From Haplodiscus bocki (lineage: Eukaryota): a stretch of DNA of 64,000 bases. Positions 38,700-51,954 of this stretch are shown in pieces. The notes beneath the pieces are model-generated. The model did no database searches, had not been told where the DNA came from, and saw nothing but the letters and a program-made list of their open reading frames with translations. The stretch covers positions 70,742,001-70,806,000 of the forward strand of contig OZ296652.1 of assembly GCA_965655095.1 (NCBI GenBank), in the 5' to 3' direction. Position 1 is the first letter of the stretch. Every line of letters starts with the position of its first letter. The position numbers and the translations under genes were made by a program.

Positions 38700-39215
38700 A
38701 AGTTGCCTGAGAATTACCTAAGGATCATCGGAGATAGCCACATGAAAACTCAGGTAAATTTACATGAAATTCTCCGGCAATATTACCTGAAGTTTCATTG
38801 TAATTTCAACTGATGTGTTAGGTGATTTTTGCATAATTTTCTCACGCCAATTAACATGACTATCTCAGGTCATGACGTTTTTTTTAAAGAAATAGTCTTT
38901 TTTGTGTTTTTTATTAAGGCTTGGTAAAGTCCACTGTTAACAGACTGCTAATTTGCATTGTAATGAATGATTAACTACAATATTGTTTGTTCTCGAAAAA
39001 GAAACAAAAAACCCCTTCAGATCTGCTATTAAGCCAGAAGACTTCGAAATTTTGACGCTTTTTTTGTCAAGAACCACGCTATGATAATTGTTTGAATTCA
39101 TCACGTGAGGTAACTCAAGTAATTCGAATGAACCCTTCTCAGGTAATTCAAACTGCAACTCAAAATTAACCGAGAAAGCAGGTAAACTCATTGATTTTCA
39201 GGTTACCTGAGGTGG
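38700..39215. repeat. Cluster of TCAGGTAA/TTACCTGA motifs; probable decayed non-autonomous DNA element
   Basis: Two motif-dense blocks (38710-38870 and 39100-39215) contain the motif in both orientations around an AT-rich core. Confidence 0.45.
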
Positions 39216-40349
39216 TTCAAGTAAAAACAAAGCGACTAATCTTTTCTTCTATTTCCCAAAAAAACACTCACCACAATGTTTTTATGGGTTTGGAAGAGTT
39301 GTAGAGAGCTAGACTGAAAAAAAAAACGCGTGCCTCATAATATGCAGGCATTTTCAATTTAATAATCTGCCAATGACTATTTTCCAAATTATTGAAAAAT
39401 TAGATTTTCTCAAAATTAGTCGGTTGTTGGCAAATGCTCTCTTGGACCGCCGTACACCCGCGATATCAAAATTTATTAGAATCGATGTTCTCGCTTTTTA
39501 ACCGTGCGTAGAAACTAGCTTGACCATAAGAGCTTTTCTTTTTTTGTATCAGTGTGAAAGTTAGTGTGGGGCTTTCAATCCCACTTTACTTGATGTATCT
39601 TTCATGAAAAGGCATGATGCTGAACGAAAAATCTCAAATTTGTGCAAACCCAATGATTTTCAATAAACAAAACAAATGAAATTGAATGTAAACTAGATGA
39701 CGATTTTAGGAAATTTTACTTTTACGGTCTCTCCTTCGTATTTTTTGAGATATTGAACCCCAAAAGTCGCAAATTTTTCCGCCTAGTCAACTTATTTTAT
39801 CACACGACTGTATTTCGGAAATATTTTTAAGATGAACCGCAGTCTACCAAAACAAAAACTTTCACCAATTGTGCACAACCCTTGATGGAAAATTCAAATT
39901 AAAATTTTTTTTCGACTGAACCGTTGCTAGATATAGAAGTTACCTTTCAACATATCATCGAGTGACCACAATCCAATTTTAAACTGGACCAAAATCAGCT
40001 TTCTGCGCCATCTTTGGTGGTCTAATCCTAGAAACATACAAACAAGTAGGGAAGGCTCAAAGGTGGCGCGCCCGCGAGTCTCAAATACTCGATTTTTTTC
40101 ATTTTTTTTTCTGGGGTGCTTCGAAAATGGTAAAGTAGTTCTTGTGCATGCTTGTCTGAAATGTGTAAGAAAAAGAACAGCGTATGCTCGGATCTTATAA
40201 ATAAGACTTATAAGACTTACAAGCTAGGGAGCTATGAAATACAATGTCTGTCGGAGGATTATGGTCGCAGGATATCAATATAATTCCTGAGGTCATTCGT
40301 CTTCCCTCCCTGGTGGTATAATTTTTCTTAGTGCCGAAGGTGGAGTCTT

Positions 40350-41450
40350 CTTTCTGGTCACCTTAATTCAACTTTGGTTTAGAGAATTCGTCCGTGATTC
40401 CATCTCGGAGTTGGCGTCAGATATGCGTAAAGATCTCATTATATAAGTCATCACTGTCCATTTTAGGCCATGGCCAAAGCAGTGAATGACCTCGTCTCTA
40501 TCAGTTGTCTCAAAGCTGCGCCCAAGAATTTTGTTGGAATAATTACATCCAAATTTCATTACTGTCATGTCTGGGTAAAACAGCATTTTGATTATCAGTA
40601 CAAAATCCTGTTCAGTTTCACGATTTTCAGGTGGGTCAAATTTTACTTAAGGGGAGCATGTTGAAAATCTGTCAAAACGCTAGTTTGGATCAGTGATCGC
40701 AAAGATGGTCGCTAGTTTGGTTCAGATCAAAATTTTCCCAAACCCATTCAGTGGTTTTATTCGATCAGTTCTCTGGGAGATCGAAAATCTCAGTTAAGTC
40801 AGTCACAGGGGCCAGCGCACGGTTACTGATCTCGCAGATCGAGCAAGGATTCTTTTCATACCAGCAATTTCGAAATCTTTTTACGTAGAAAAAAATCTAA
40901 ATTTTGGCGAACGGTTAAGTGTTGTTTCTCAAATGTCTGATTGAATTCTCAACGGGTTCAATCTTCTCGAAGGTCTTTCTGTGGTCTCGGCTGTTTGATG
41001 AGTCTTGAAGTTCCAGTCAACTTGTTTTTGATGAATCGTTAAGATTCAAAGCGCATCTGAAAATTCAATACTGTAATTGCAAGTGGAAATGCGTCCCAAA
41101 TCCTGACAAAACAAGTGATTTAGATTCCGATTTCGAGGCATTCTTAGGGTGTGGGTTCTTTGATCTCTTGAGTTCTCATTGAATCATTGACAACAAAGTT
41201 TAGTTTCCTCATCACCCTCACCTTTCAAGATCTCAGTTATACCTGTACCCAAGCTCTGTTCAGGCTCTAGGTGAAATCATATCTCGAATATGCAACCAAT
41301 AAAAATTGTAATATCTGTGAACTCAGAAGATAATCCAAGTTTTGATGATGCTAATAATGGTGAAAGTTAAAGACTGTGCTGTTAACTGAAACAACCATTC
41401 CAGATAAACGGAATTAGAGTAGTCTTGAAGATTGCCATTTTGCTAATGGT
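40350..41450 (-). pseudogene. Degraded Gypsy integrase fragment
   Basis: Minus-strand pieces such as NFKTHQTAETTERPSRRLNPLRIQSD (cf. KNLK...EP.EEIQIDF) follow an H2C2-like region. Heavily broken. Confidence 0.3.
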
Positions 41451-41644
41451 CTCAACTGTATTCCAAAGCTTCCAAGAATGTCTCGATTGATTGAAGATCT
41501 CTAAAATACGATCACAGCTTGGCGAAAACAGTGATATCGATTATCATATCAAAATCTAGTTTAGATGGGCGACTTCTAAAGTCGACGAAAAATAAAATAA
41601 CGGTGCAAGTCTGCCCCATTTGTCATTAGTGTTTAAAAAATAAC

Positions 41645-42140
41645 TTGTTATTTGTCGCTCATATTTAAATATGGAAAGAAAATATCCACTCAAAGCGAAC
41701 GTTTTTTTAACGTCTACTTGCGGATTGATAATGTCCTTGAAATTCTGAACAGTTCTTGATTTGAAAAGTTTTAATCACCAAATTATAATAGCCAATTTGC
41801 AGTAGAATGCAACTGAAATATTGAGATTTTTCAATTATCTACGGAAGTTGTTTCTTTTTCGAAAGGAATTTGGTTTGTTTTAGAAAAACATGACTTTTAT
41901 TGAAAATCAGTAAAGGTGGGAAAATTGCTGTAGAACTCGTATAAAATGATATTAATTTCTCAAAATGTCTTTTTTTTTCAACTAAATTGAGTTTTTTTTG
42001 CTGAAAACTGAGAAATTTTCAAGCTTGGAAAAATTGCTGAAGAAAAAGTGTTCATCAGAAAAAGACACTTTCAAAATCCTAAAAAGCATCTTTGTAAGAA
42101 TTGAGGGCGGAAAAATTGCCTGCGTTAGCCGGCCGTACTG
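41645..42140 (+). mobile_element. Non-autonomous Helentron-like element
   Basis: The 5' end is TTATTTGTCGC. The 3' end has an inverted GGCGGAAAAAT (42106-42116) and a GCC..GCCGGC hairpin. A second copy lies inverted at 22003-22468. Confidence 0.6.
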
Positions 42141-42430
42141 TTATTTTTCGCCACGTATTTTTAAATAAAAGAGGAGAAAACTCATTCAGTGGGATCTTTT
42201 TCTTCTTTTTCAGCATACTTTTGCCGACTTTTTTTACTATAAAATATATTGCAGTAGTGAGGTTAGGACAAATATTTCTCAAGCAGTAGGTTCGGGGCTC
42301 GAGTCTCTGTCGTGCCAATCCACTTATGATTTTACTGATAATATTCAGAAATTCCCATGGCATAGTGGGTAGGCCAACAGGTTTGTGAAGCCCTATTTAC
42401 GGGTTGGAATCCCGGCATTTACTTAGATTT
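42141..42430 (+). mobile_element. Helentron-like element carrying two tRNA-derived heads
   Basis: Starts TTATTTTTCGCC. Head 1 (~42250-42317) reads AGTGAGGTTAGGA..TTCTCAAG..GGGCTCGAGTC..GCCA. Head 2 (~42352-42420) reads TGGCATAGTGGGTAGG..TTTGTGAA..GGGTTGGAATCCC. Confidence 0.65.
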
Positions 42431-43599
42431 TCTATGCCATTCTTTCAATTTGAATTTCGAGGAGATTTTAGTCTCTTCTACTTCTCTCAAGTGTATTATT
42501 CTCGAAACTAGGCCGATGTTTAAAGAAATTAAAAACTAAAAAGTGGCTCTTGTAGTTAATTTGTTTTCTATTAATGTTTTTTTTGTTTTCAAGGTCACAA
42601 AGAATTTTCTAATTTTTTCCATAAATGTTTTCTCCGGCATACTATTTCAAAGCATGCAAGTTGCGTCTATGCCAAGCACAGTCAGGTACTTGCGAACACA
42701 AAAAGAAATCCCTACTACAAAAACTAACGGTACCGTACGACGAAATATTTTTGACAAAAAATTGTGTTGATCCCCTAACGCATATTTTTTTGATACCAGA
42801 AATTTTCAAAAACACCAAAAGCGCACCCTCATGAAAAATTTCACGGAAACAGAAAGTTTTCGACATCTTTCTGTGATACCCTCGCCTATGGTTCCTTAAA
42901 AAGATCAACCCGATAAATGGGTGGCACCAAAAAATTTTCACAAAGACTAGAAACTTCCAGAAATAACAAAAACCTCCTTAACTAAATTTTCGGTACAAGG
43001 ATACTGGGAGACAAAAAATTTTCATCATTTTTTGGAGACACCCTCCTATAGTTTACCGAAATTTTCGCGCCGGACCGTCAAGCAGTGTCAATTTTGACCT
43101 GTTTTAAACTTGTTTCAGTCTCCGCGCAAAAATTTTCCAGAAGGAAAGTGGTCACTTCAGAAGTAGAATTTTTTTTGGAATACGCAATAATCAAGCCAAC
43201 TTGGAGTTGCCTCATCATTAGCCTTTTGTATGAAGCATCTAAGTGATGTAAACACAAATAGGTAACACCATTTTAGATTTCACTAAAGCTGTTACTAGCT
43301 GGTTTCAAGTTTTCTGAAATTTTTATAAATTTTTGATACGAATTCTGCCACGAAATTTTTTTTTCGATGGTTCATAGAATCTGACTCTATTCCCAAAAGA
43401 CTCCCCTTTTCCACTTAAACGAATCAAAGAATTATGCTCCGACGTTTTAGGGAAACTGGATAAAGTGGATCTTTTGAAAAGTTTCCAATATCCGAATTTT
43501 ATAACTTTTTTTGTAAAATGACTTCAATGTTGAGAAATATAACTGTTTCTCCTGAAATCTATCTCAAATACCCTTGGACTGTTTTCTTGAATGGGCTTA

Positions 43600-45500
43600 A
43601 GACACCGAAAAATTGTTTTAGGATCAGTTTTCCTCGAACAAATCATTGTGTACGTTGAAAAGTCCTTGTAGTCACACCTAGTTGAAAAACCTTATGATAC
43701 TTACTATTCCCAATAATCAAACTCATATGCCTCCGAAACAACAGACTGGACTTCTTCTATCCAGACCATAATCGACATTTCTTAAATTGTTGAAATCTGC
43801 CGCTATCTACTTTTTTCCGATCAAGTACCAAGCAATTGAAATAGGGATCAATTCAACCAAAAAATTTGGAAATCTTTCTATTTATCTGAAACGAAATTCG
43901 AACAAATTTTTATTCAAAACTACCCGCTGATTTTTATCTAACAACGTCTCTCCTGACCTATGTCACAATGTGAAGAGATGTTTTTTGATTTTTCTCAGCA
44001 TTTTGGCTCCCTTGTCAATGTCTTTCAGAAGAAAAGTTGGGTCTAAGTTGTGATAGATTTTCTTTTTCGCGGCGAAAAACTGTAGCGAACATACTGGAGA
44101 AAAATCATTACATAGAGTTGATGTTCGTGGCTGAATTTTCCTTAGTTTATTAGAAGTTTGAGACTTGGGGTGTTTCTTCAGTTTTCCGAAACTCGAAGAC
44201 TTGGATTTCATTCCGCAACTTAGAAGATTTTCTCTGCAACTGCAATAAGTTATTAAGTGATTACGATAACCACTTTTTTCACAGCTTGTTGTTACCTGCT
44301 GTGTAAACTACATATAGTCCGGATCAGGCATAAACACTCCGAGTGTATGAAAAATGGAGCGCTGAGATTCGAGTGTCAGACTTTCTGGTTGAAAGCTTTG
44401 GTTTTCGGGCGGCAATTTTTACGTTTGTGGCAGGAAAAAAAACAATTAAATTTTCGATTAAAAATGGGAAAACGGGGAAGTTGCGATTGTTGGCGAGGTA
44501 TACAAACTTCTCGTTTTTTTGCCACTGATGTAGCTGGAAAAACATGCGAGATCATCTGAATTTTCGATTTTTACTGCTGAAGCTGTTTTTGAAGTTACCA
44601 CACTAGCCTTGAGACACGTACGAATTTTGTTGTCAAAATTTGAAAAAGTGCCCCGGTGAGACTGCTTCGATTGACATTTTGCAATCGTTCAACTATTTAA
44701 CTGGGATAGTATTGCGTTACTTGAGCTTTTTCCACAATTCCATTGGGAGAATAACCATAGCTTCTTGACTAGTGCTTATATTTGTCGGGGTGGAAGCAAA
44801 ACTGCCTGTTACTGATGTATGCCTTTCATTAGACGCATCGATCACGGAGTCATCTGTTTTACAGAGATGGTAAACTATTGCCTGGTTGCCAGCGAAAAAA
44901 CAAACGTTTTCGATTGCTATTTTTCAAGTTGTTCGAACAAATTTGCACGTAGCTAGCGAGGAATCTTTTTGGCAAAATCAATCCCATTTCCAACTGAACG
45001 GGGTTCTTGAGAAAAACGCAAAAAACCTGTGATAAGCACTTTTTCTTGATCAAACCTGGTTTTTTTATTTGCCACAACCGCTACGTTTGCGTCAAACGGT
45101 GCACCTGGTGAAAGATTTTGGTCGGGATATGTTTTCAATGCCATGGTCCGCAAATTTCTTGAAAAAATTTCCCGATGTCTGCTTTGAATCCAGTTTGAGC
45201 TTTGCAAGTTCTGAAACTTGTAAATCTTGTAACTTTGGATTGTAAAGCGGCCACGAAGAGCAGTTATTGGAAGTTCTACATTTTGAGGCGTAGCCAAGGG
45301 CAAATTTCGGTAAAATGTAGAGCTGCATCTCGAAGATACAGTAGCATAAAAATGGCTTGCTGAATAGCTGGAGTAGCTTTTACAGCGAAAAAAATTCGAA
45401 GTACTAGTTGGAAGTCACGAAATTCTTTTTTTTCCGGATTAGAAAAAAAAATTATATAGTGAGAAATGACGTTGAGCTGCACTTTGAAGTTAGTTTAGTT
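43600..45500 (-). pseudogene. Degraded Gypsy RT-RNase H(-integrase) fragment
   Basis: LPSL*TDDSVIDASNE near 44880-44825 (RNase H TDAS-like), with RT-like broken ORFs upstream (44953-45328). Confidence 0.35.
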
Positions 45501-45792
45501 TAAGTGAGTTGGGTTGAATCATTACTTCATTTTTGACGACAAAAAACGTTAAAAGCTGACAAAATAGAAAGAAAGCTGGAGTTTCATGGGAAAAACATTT
45601 TTGACACACTCTTGTTCGGTTTGGAAGAAAAAAATTTTGAGAAAATTTGAAAAATGCTCGTTGAAAGTTAATAGAAACTCTTCGATTCAGTTTTTTTGTA
45701 GAAAACCGAGGAAAGATCAACAATTGAAGACAAAAAACAGGATGACATCATATGAGACCCAATGAGACAAAAGAATAACTTTACATTTTCAG

Positions 45793-47405
45793 ACTGTTGT
45801 ATGAGGATGTTACGTTTGATAAAGTATTTTGAAGATTGGAACTTTGCCGAAAAAGAAATTACTTCGGAAACTATGATGAAAGTTAGAAAATGACCGAAAG
45901 AAATTGGACGTGTAAGCGAGAAAACTGAAAAGCAATAACTATTCATTTGAATTGGAAACAATTGAAACAAGTTGTGACGTCGAGAGCATCCTAAAAAAAT
46001 TACTACGACGGAACTGGTTCTTACTTCACCAATACCTGCAAAATTCGTCAGTGGACTGAAACATCTCATCATGTTTTGGGTTCGAAATCGAATTCCAATT
46101 ATCATGTCGGGTTGGTACCCGAATTGATCATCACTTCTACCTCATTTGTGGAAGTGCCACTACCAGTATTATACTGCAAGTTTTAGCATTTCAACGTTGC
46201 TAATACAACAGCTAAAAAGGGTTGCAATACAAAGGAAGAACTGAGATCCAGTGAAATGAAAGTTTTTCTTCTATCAACTACAGAACTAACGTCACAGAAT
46301 TGTGCAAATTTTTTCGGTTTCCCATAATACTGCCGATACATCTATTGTTTTGTTTTGCAGCTTCGTGGATCGAGAACTGAAAGTGAATGTGGATGACATG
46401 CAACTGGATTTGGCGGATGACGTGAAAGAATTGAAATGGGTGGTTGACAGGGAGCTTCATAGGGACGCTATTGCCCAAACTTGGTAGTTTTTTGATGTAA
46501 TATGTCGTCAAGATTGTCTTCGCACTGTCACCAACTTAAAATTTCATTTTCAAGTTTCGATTGTTAAGATTTTCCATAGAAGATTCATATGGCAGTCAAG
46601 GATTTTTTAGAAGCTTGGGTCACAATTGAGGATGTTGGTGAGTTAAAAAACGAACTGTGCAGTACTATTATTCATCATTCTTCTGGGTATGGTATTTAGG
46701 TTCAGGATATCTTCAATTTCTGAGCAGACAACATTGTTAACTGGTTTAACGGGTTCGAAGGTCAAGAAGAGTATTTGAACGCCCTAAATGTTTTGTAGTT
46801 TTTGGTTTGATTCAAAGTTTATCCATCCTGAATGAAGGTATTTTGTTTCAATTCATGAGAATAGGTAGACTCGGTTGATGTTGGTTTTTCGGTCGCTTAC
46901 CTTTCTGACTCATCCTTGCACAAGATGATTTTGATGAGCGTTTACCGACAGAATCCGTCCCACCAGTGATTCTTGTTAAACAGGAAGTTAAACATCGCCA
47001 AAACAAATTCTCAATTCAGGACCTGCTTCCTGCTGTACGTATTATTTTGCACATAGGAATTAAATACCACCTTCTGGGACATGCTTGAACTCTACTCCTT
47101 ATCGACGGAGCGGTAATCCTAACCAAAGTTTTTGTTCTTGCAGATCAACCCTCCCCAGACCAAATTTCAATCGGGGAAAGTGATTTTAGCAAACAACAGC
47201 ACCGATGTCGAATGGATAATGACGGCTCCAGTGGATAAGACGACAATTCCACGTTCCTCCACTCGTTAGCGCTAACGGTTGTGGAACGCTGAAAACATCC
47301 ACAGCTTGGTGATGAATCATGAGAAACACCGGTTGGCATAAAACTAGAATGTAAAACGTTGTCTTTCGAAGCCAACCTTCTAATTTTATCGCTGCTCACA
47401 ATAAA
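45793..47405 (+). pseudogene. Compact multi-exon gene fossil of unknown identity
   Basis: A series of acceptor/donor pairs with 62-109 nt introns gives exons 46361-46483, 46580-46637, 46700-46837, 46925-47034 and 47144-47269, with AATAAA at 47400. The last three junctions are phase-compatible. Confidence 0.5.
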
Positions 47406-48399
47406 CCGATTACAATATATCGGCTAACGAGTTTCGTAACTTTCAGTTTTTTTAAACTGAACTTGAAAACAAAATTCTTCATGGTAGGAGATTTCCAGGA
47501 AAACTAGTTCATTCGGTGTTGAGCTTTCATCCTAAACAAGGAGTCTTTCAAAGTCTATTACCCAGCATCAAAGGGCGGACCATGTTCCGGACGAACAACT
47601 TGTCTTTGGCTAATGCGCGGCAAAACAGTTAGGAAGTCGAGTTTTTCCAAGACAAAGTTAGGACTAGCGACAACGGAGATATGACCGTCTAAAAATAAGG
47701 ACTGAAAGTGTTCATCCTATCCACGTCAAAGAGATTTTTTTGGTCAGATGACAAATCTTGTTTTTTGATTGAACGAGTGTTATCAACAGCTGACAAGAAA
47801 CGACGAACGGTAGCCACGGCACTTAACGAAGTTGGGAGTACCCTAAGCTTTGGAAACAAAGCAGCCATGGCGAAATGTGCTCTCATAGGAAAATTTAACT
47901 TCTGTGCTAATTGTTCTGAAAAAAAAACAAATTTTCTGTATATTCCGAAACAGATAACTTAGGTTGTTCTACTTATTCTAAACGAATTACTGAGCGGCAT
48001 TTTCGAGTATGTACCAATGGGTCAGGAGATGATATCAAGAAATCTTTCTCAGACATTGAGAAACAAAGAACTGGCCTCACTGCCGAGCTGTCCAAACAGT
48101 TAGACTTTTATTTGAATTGGAAACAATTTTACAACAAGGTAAATGAAATTTCGGTCGATGCTTCGGAGCAGCATTTGCGCGAAGGCCGTAAACGGTTGGC
48201 TCCCAATAAGGTCGACCGTTTAATAGGGGAAATTTGAATATTAACAGATTTGGGTTTGACCAGATCTCCCTACTTTCTTTGAGCCTGTAGCGTTGTGGGG
48301 ATCAACGGGAAAGACAACCGACTGAAATCTGTCGTGATATCAACAAACTAAGCTCATAGTTTTTTAGGAACCGCTCTACCGCTTCTGCGGTTCAACCTT

Positions 48400-50450
48400 G
48401 GCCTCACCCGGTTGGGAGACGTTAAACTTTTGTACTCGTTCGGATCTTGCTTCCGAGTTTTGGCAGATTAAGATCCGTAAAGGCGATGAAATCAAAAAAG
48501 TTGAATGCGAAGTAGGACTCTTCTAATGAAAAGAAGTCCGTATGGCTAGAGTTACGCCGCAGCGTTTTTCCAACAGGTTCCATTGAAAAATGAGAATGGT
48601 TTCCGAAAACGTCTTTGCCGGTACGGAATGCTTGTAATACGTTACATGGACTTTGCTGTCAACGACAACTGCCAAAGGACGTATGGTATGTTTCCCGGAA
48701 GTTTTTATTTGTCTCCGAGAATCGGATTTCAAGCCAATACTTGCCAAATGCTAGTTTATGAAAAAATGCAAGAGGTATCTAGGGAGGATAGCAAACGAAC
48801 GGAGAGTGTAACTCGGCCGTGAACGAGACAGAAATGATCCTTCCTGGCTTCCAATCCTTCAAACGCAAGGGATCGCTGGGTTTACCGGGACTAGGTGGCC
48901 TCTAATAGGACTTCTTCAAAAAAGCGGGTAAAAACCTGAGCCCCCCAGACCTTTAATAGTCATGAAGGTATTCAGAATGGACTGAGGAAGCTCAATTTGC
49001 TGTTGATGCTCTGAAAGAGGAACTACCGAGCGAGCAAATTGTTTTGGCTTTGCCTTTGCGTGATAGCGAAGTCAATTTTCTATCGGGATCTATCTTTTAT
49101 GATGTTGGCATCCCTGAATTTTTGAACTAAAATCACCGCCGTCAAGACAAAGAAGAACATCAGCCATTTTTTCAAATATAATTTAAGTCATGAACGAACA
49201 AAGCTATGGAAGCCTAAAAATCCGATTAGTTAGACGTCTCCCTTTTTTTCTGACAAACTGCACTTTGTTCTCTGTTCTCAGAAGGGACAACCAAGCATTA
49301 TCATGGTTCAGAAATTATTCCGTGAATAAAATGATTTTAAGAATATAATTTATCTGATACAGCGGATAACATTTCCCAACCAGCACCCAGACTGGTTCAA
49401 ACACCGGAAAACCGGTCGTGTCCACAGAAAGTCTGACTTTCATAAAGTATCGCGTACATGGCCAAACAGGTTACTGAAAACGATTCTCAATATTGTCTCA
49501 ACAAACGTACGATGAACTGCTTGTACTACTCATAGTTGATTTTCACCACCCAACAAACGAGAATCTTCACGGTCGAAGAACTTGAAACAGATCCCAACGA
49601 TTTAAAGACTTCACTTTCTCATCTCAAACCAATGACAACTCTTGTTTTTGGATCGGTTCTCCTTTAGAGAAAAAGCCATGGCGGCAACAAAGCCCGATAA
49701 ATTAGAAGGAACGCATTTGAAAAAAAAACAGAAAACGAAAACTGAAAAACGCACTGAAGTACGTCATAGTTGATTTTAAGAGGGCCTTAGACGCTGACAG
49801 TTTAAACTACGCAACTTGCCTAAATGTGGTTAGCCCTGACAAAAATCTTGAAATATACCATGGAGCGGCCAGGGAAAGTGCCAAATATTACTAACGTAAC
49901 AGAAACAAGACTTCACAGGGAACCCTAAAGCTTTCTTTGCTGCCAACGAAAACTCTCAGGGCGATAAAATCTCGAAAATCTCCTTGCTCTCTCATTACTA
50001 TAAAAAACCGAAAGTTCAAACTTCAAAATGGTACACCAGGAAGCACAACTTAATAACCAACAGATTCTTGATTTATTTGAAGGGCCTGAATTGCATTGGA
50101 TAAATGGATCAGTAGCTGTCCTACTTGCAAGCCTGGCGAAAGTCCAGTGGGCCAAAGCAGTTTCCCGTGAAAGTCAATCAAATGGAGTTTTTCGACTGAA
50201 AATTCGCTAGTGGTTGTCCTGAAGCGTTCCCGTACGATCAAACAGAACGCTGGCACTCTCGTCAAAGCCCATCACTTCAAAAAACTGGTTCAGGCTGCCC
50301 CGTGCAGACGAGAATTTGCTTAAGAAGCCCGCGAATGCATGATGAACCAATCGTTTTCAAGTTGTCGAGAACTCTAGCTCATGCTCAAAATGACAGTGGA
50401 CCACAGTTTTGCGCACCAGCTTAGATCTTCCTCAGAAAACTACTTTCTTC
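48400..50450 (+). pseudogene. Degraded Gypsy pol fragments
   Basis: SFLASN (~48840; cf. SFLGFANYY), VLALPLRDSEVNFL..DVGI (~49040; cf. VLALP...G.F.LDTDAS..I) and LVVVLKRSRTI (~50207; cf. P.V.V.KKDG..R). Confidence 0.4.
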
Positions 50451-51954
50451 AATTTGACATCATACGAAAGGCTTACCGTTCATGAAAAAATATCGGTTCT
50501 TGGAAACTTTTCGGCCGAAATTCTTCACTCAAGTTCTCGAATTCACGAACCAACTCGGTGACGTCCATAAACAAAAAGTAAAACAAAAAAACTATCGTTT
50601 CTTTGACTAATTTTGCCCTGAAACAAAAGAAATTTATATTGCAAGAGGAGAATTTTATATCCACCAAGAACAACTTCAGTTTTCAGAGTTGTAACCTCTG
50701 TCAAAATTTTTCACCATAAGTTCAAAATGTAAGCTTCGTGACAGTTCTAAAAAGATCTCTGTATATGAGCCAGTAAGTCCATCTAACACCCATCTTCATT
50801 TCAAAAGGTTGCAGTGAGGCTTGATGAACTCAATCCGGCGATAGCGTGGCAACTTGATGAAACATGAAACCGAATAAGAAAATGTCAACAATCGGCTGAA
50901 CACTCCAGTATGAAAGAATGGAGACCATAACACTCGTGCACAACCTATTGAAATCGCCGCACTAACTGGCTAATTGACTAGTGAAACAGAAAAGCGTTAC
51001 GGTTAAAAATTCGTTCTTAAAAAACACAAAAAAAACACAAAGTCAACAACTGTGGGATGACTTACATAGTAAAGGAATGGGAATAACACGACATTTAACA
51101 ACCACTTAGAGTTACTGATCTTCATGACAAGTTTCAGTGTGACGATATATAACGATCGCAGCTTCCAGCCTTGCGTGAGACTCCAACCGGATTTCAATAC
51201 GAATCGGCTCGCCGGATTAACTGACGATCAAAAAAGAGTAGCAAGAGCACTTGATTTCAGCATCGCAATGCCAAGTAGAAAAACACCTCAGTAGTGATTA
51301 AGTGAGCAGATTAGATGAGGGTGTTGGAAGTCCTTCCATGTTCAGAGACAGGCCATTGACTCTGAGAGTCGAATTGTGGGCAAAGTAGATGCTCAAGGGT
51401 CCTGTGTTATGAGGTGTGATCAATTTATTACGATATGGTAAATGTCAGGTGGACTCGAGAAAATCAAGGTGTTAAGACAGGAGAGTGCGATTGGTATGTT
51501 TTAAGAAAGGGAATAGTATTAGTCCATGAGAGAGCAAGAAAATCAGGGAGTGAACAACCTAATAATAAATGTGGGAAAGTAGAAGCCTAGAGCCGAAAAG
51601 AAAACTCCCACCCCCTGTGTTGTGTGTTTTTTGCTTGACGAGGTTAGTGGTCATATTCAGCACTTAGAAATTTTCGAAAAACACGTGTTTCAGGGTGGCA
51701 GCCACCGGACGGATGAAAATTTACAGTCCCGATTTTTTTATTACTCATCTGATTGAAATATTGGCTGCGGTTAATTGTTACAGCTGTGGTTACTTTTTAT
51801 ATCTGTGGCTAATTGTACGCCAACAGGATGTTATAGCACGCTGCAGTTACTGATGTGACTTAATACCATGTACAAAGATTGATATGAAGACTCAAATTGT
51901 CAATTAGAGTGTACAAATGCAAATGAAAGATTTGTGAAAAAGAGAAAGTGATTG

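Noticed and set aside
42250-42420. Functional tRNA genes
   Set aside because: The B-boxes are mutated (GGGCTCGAGTC, GGTTGGAATCC), the stems do not pair well, and the segment is part of a dispersed repeat.
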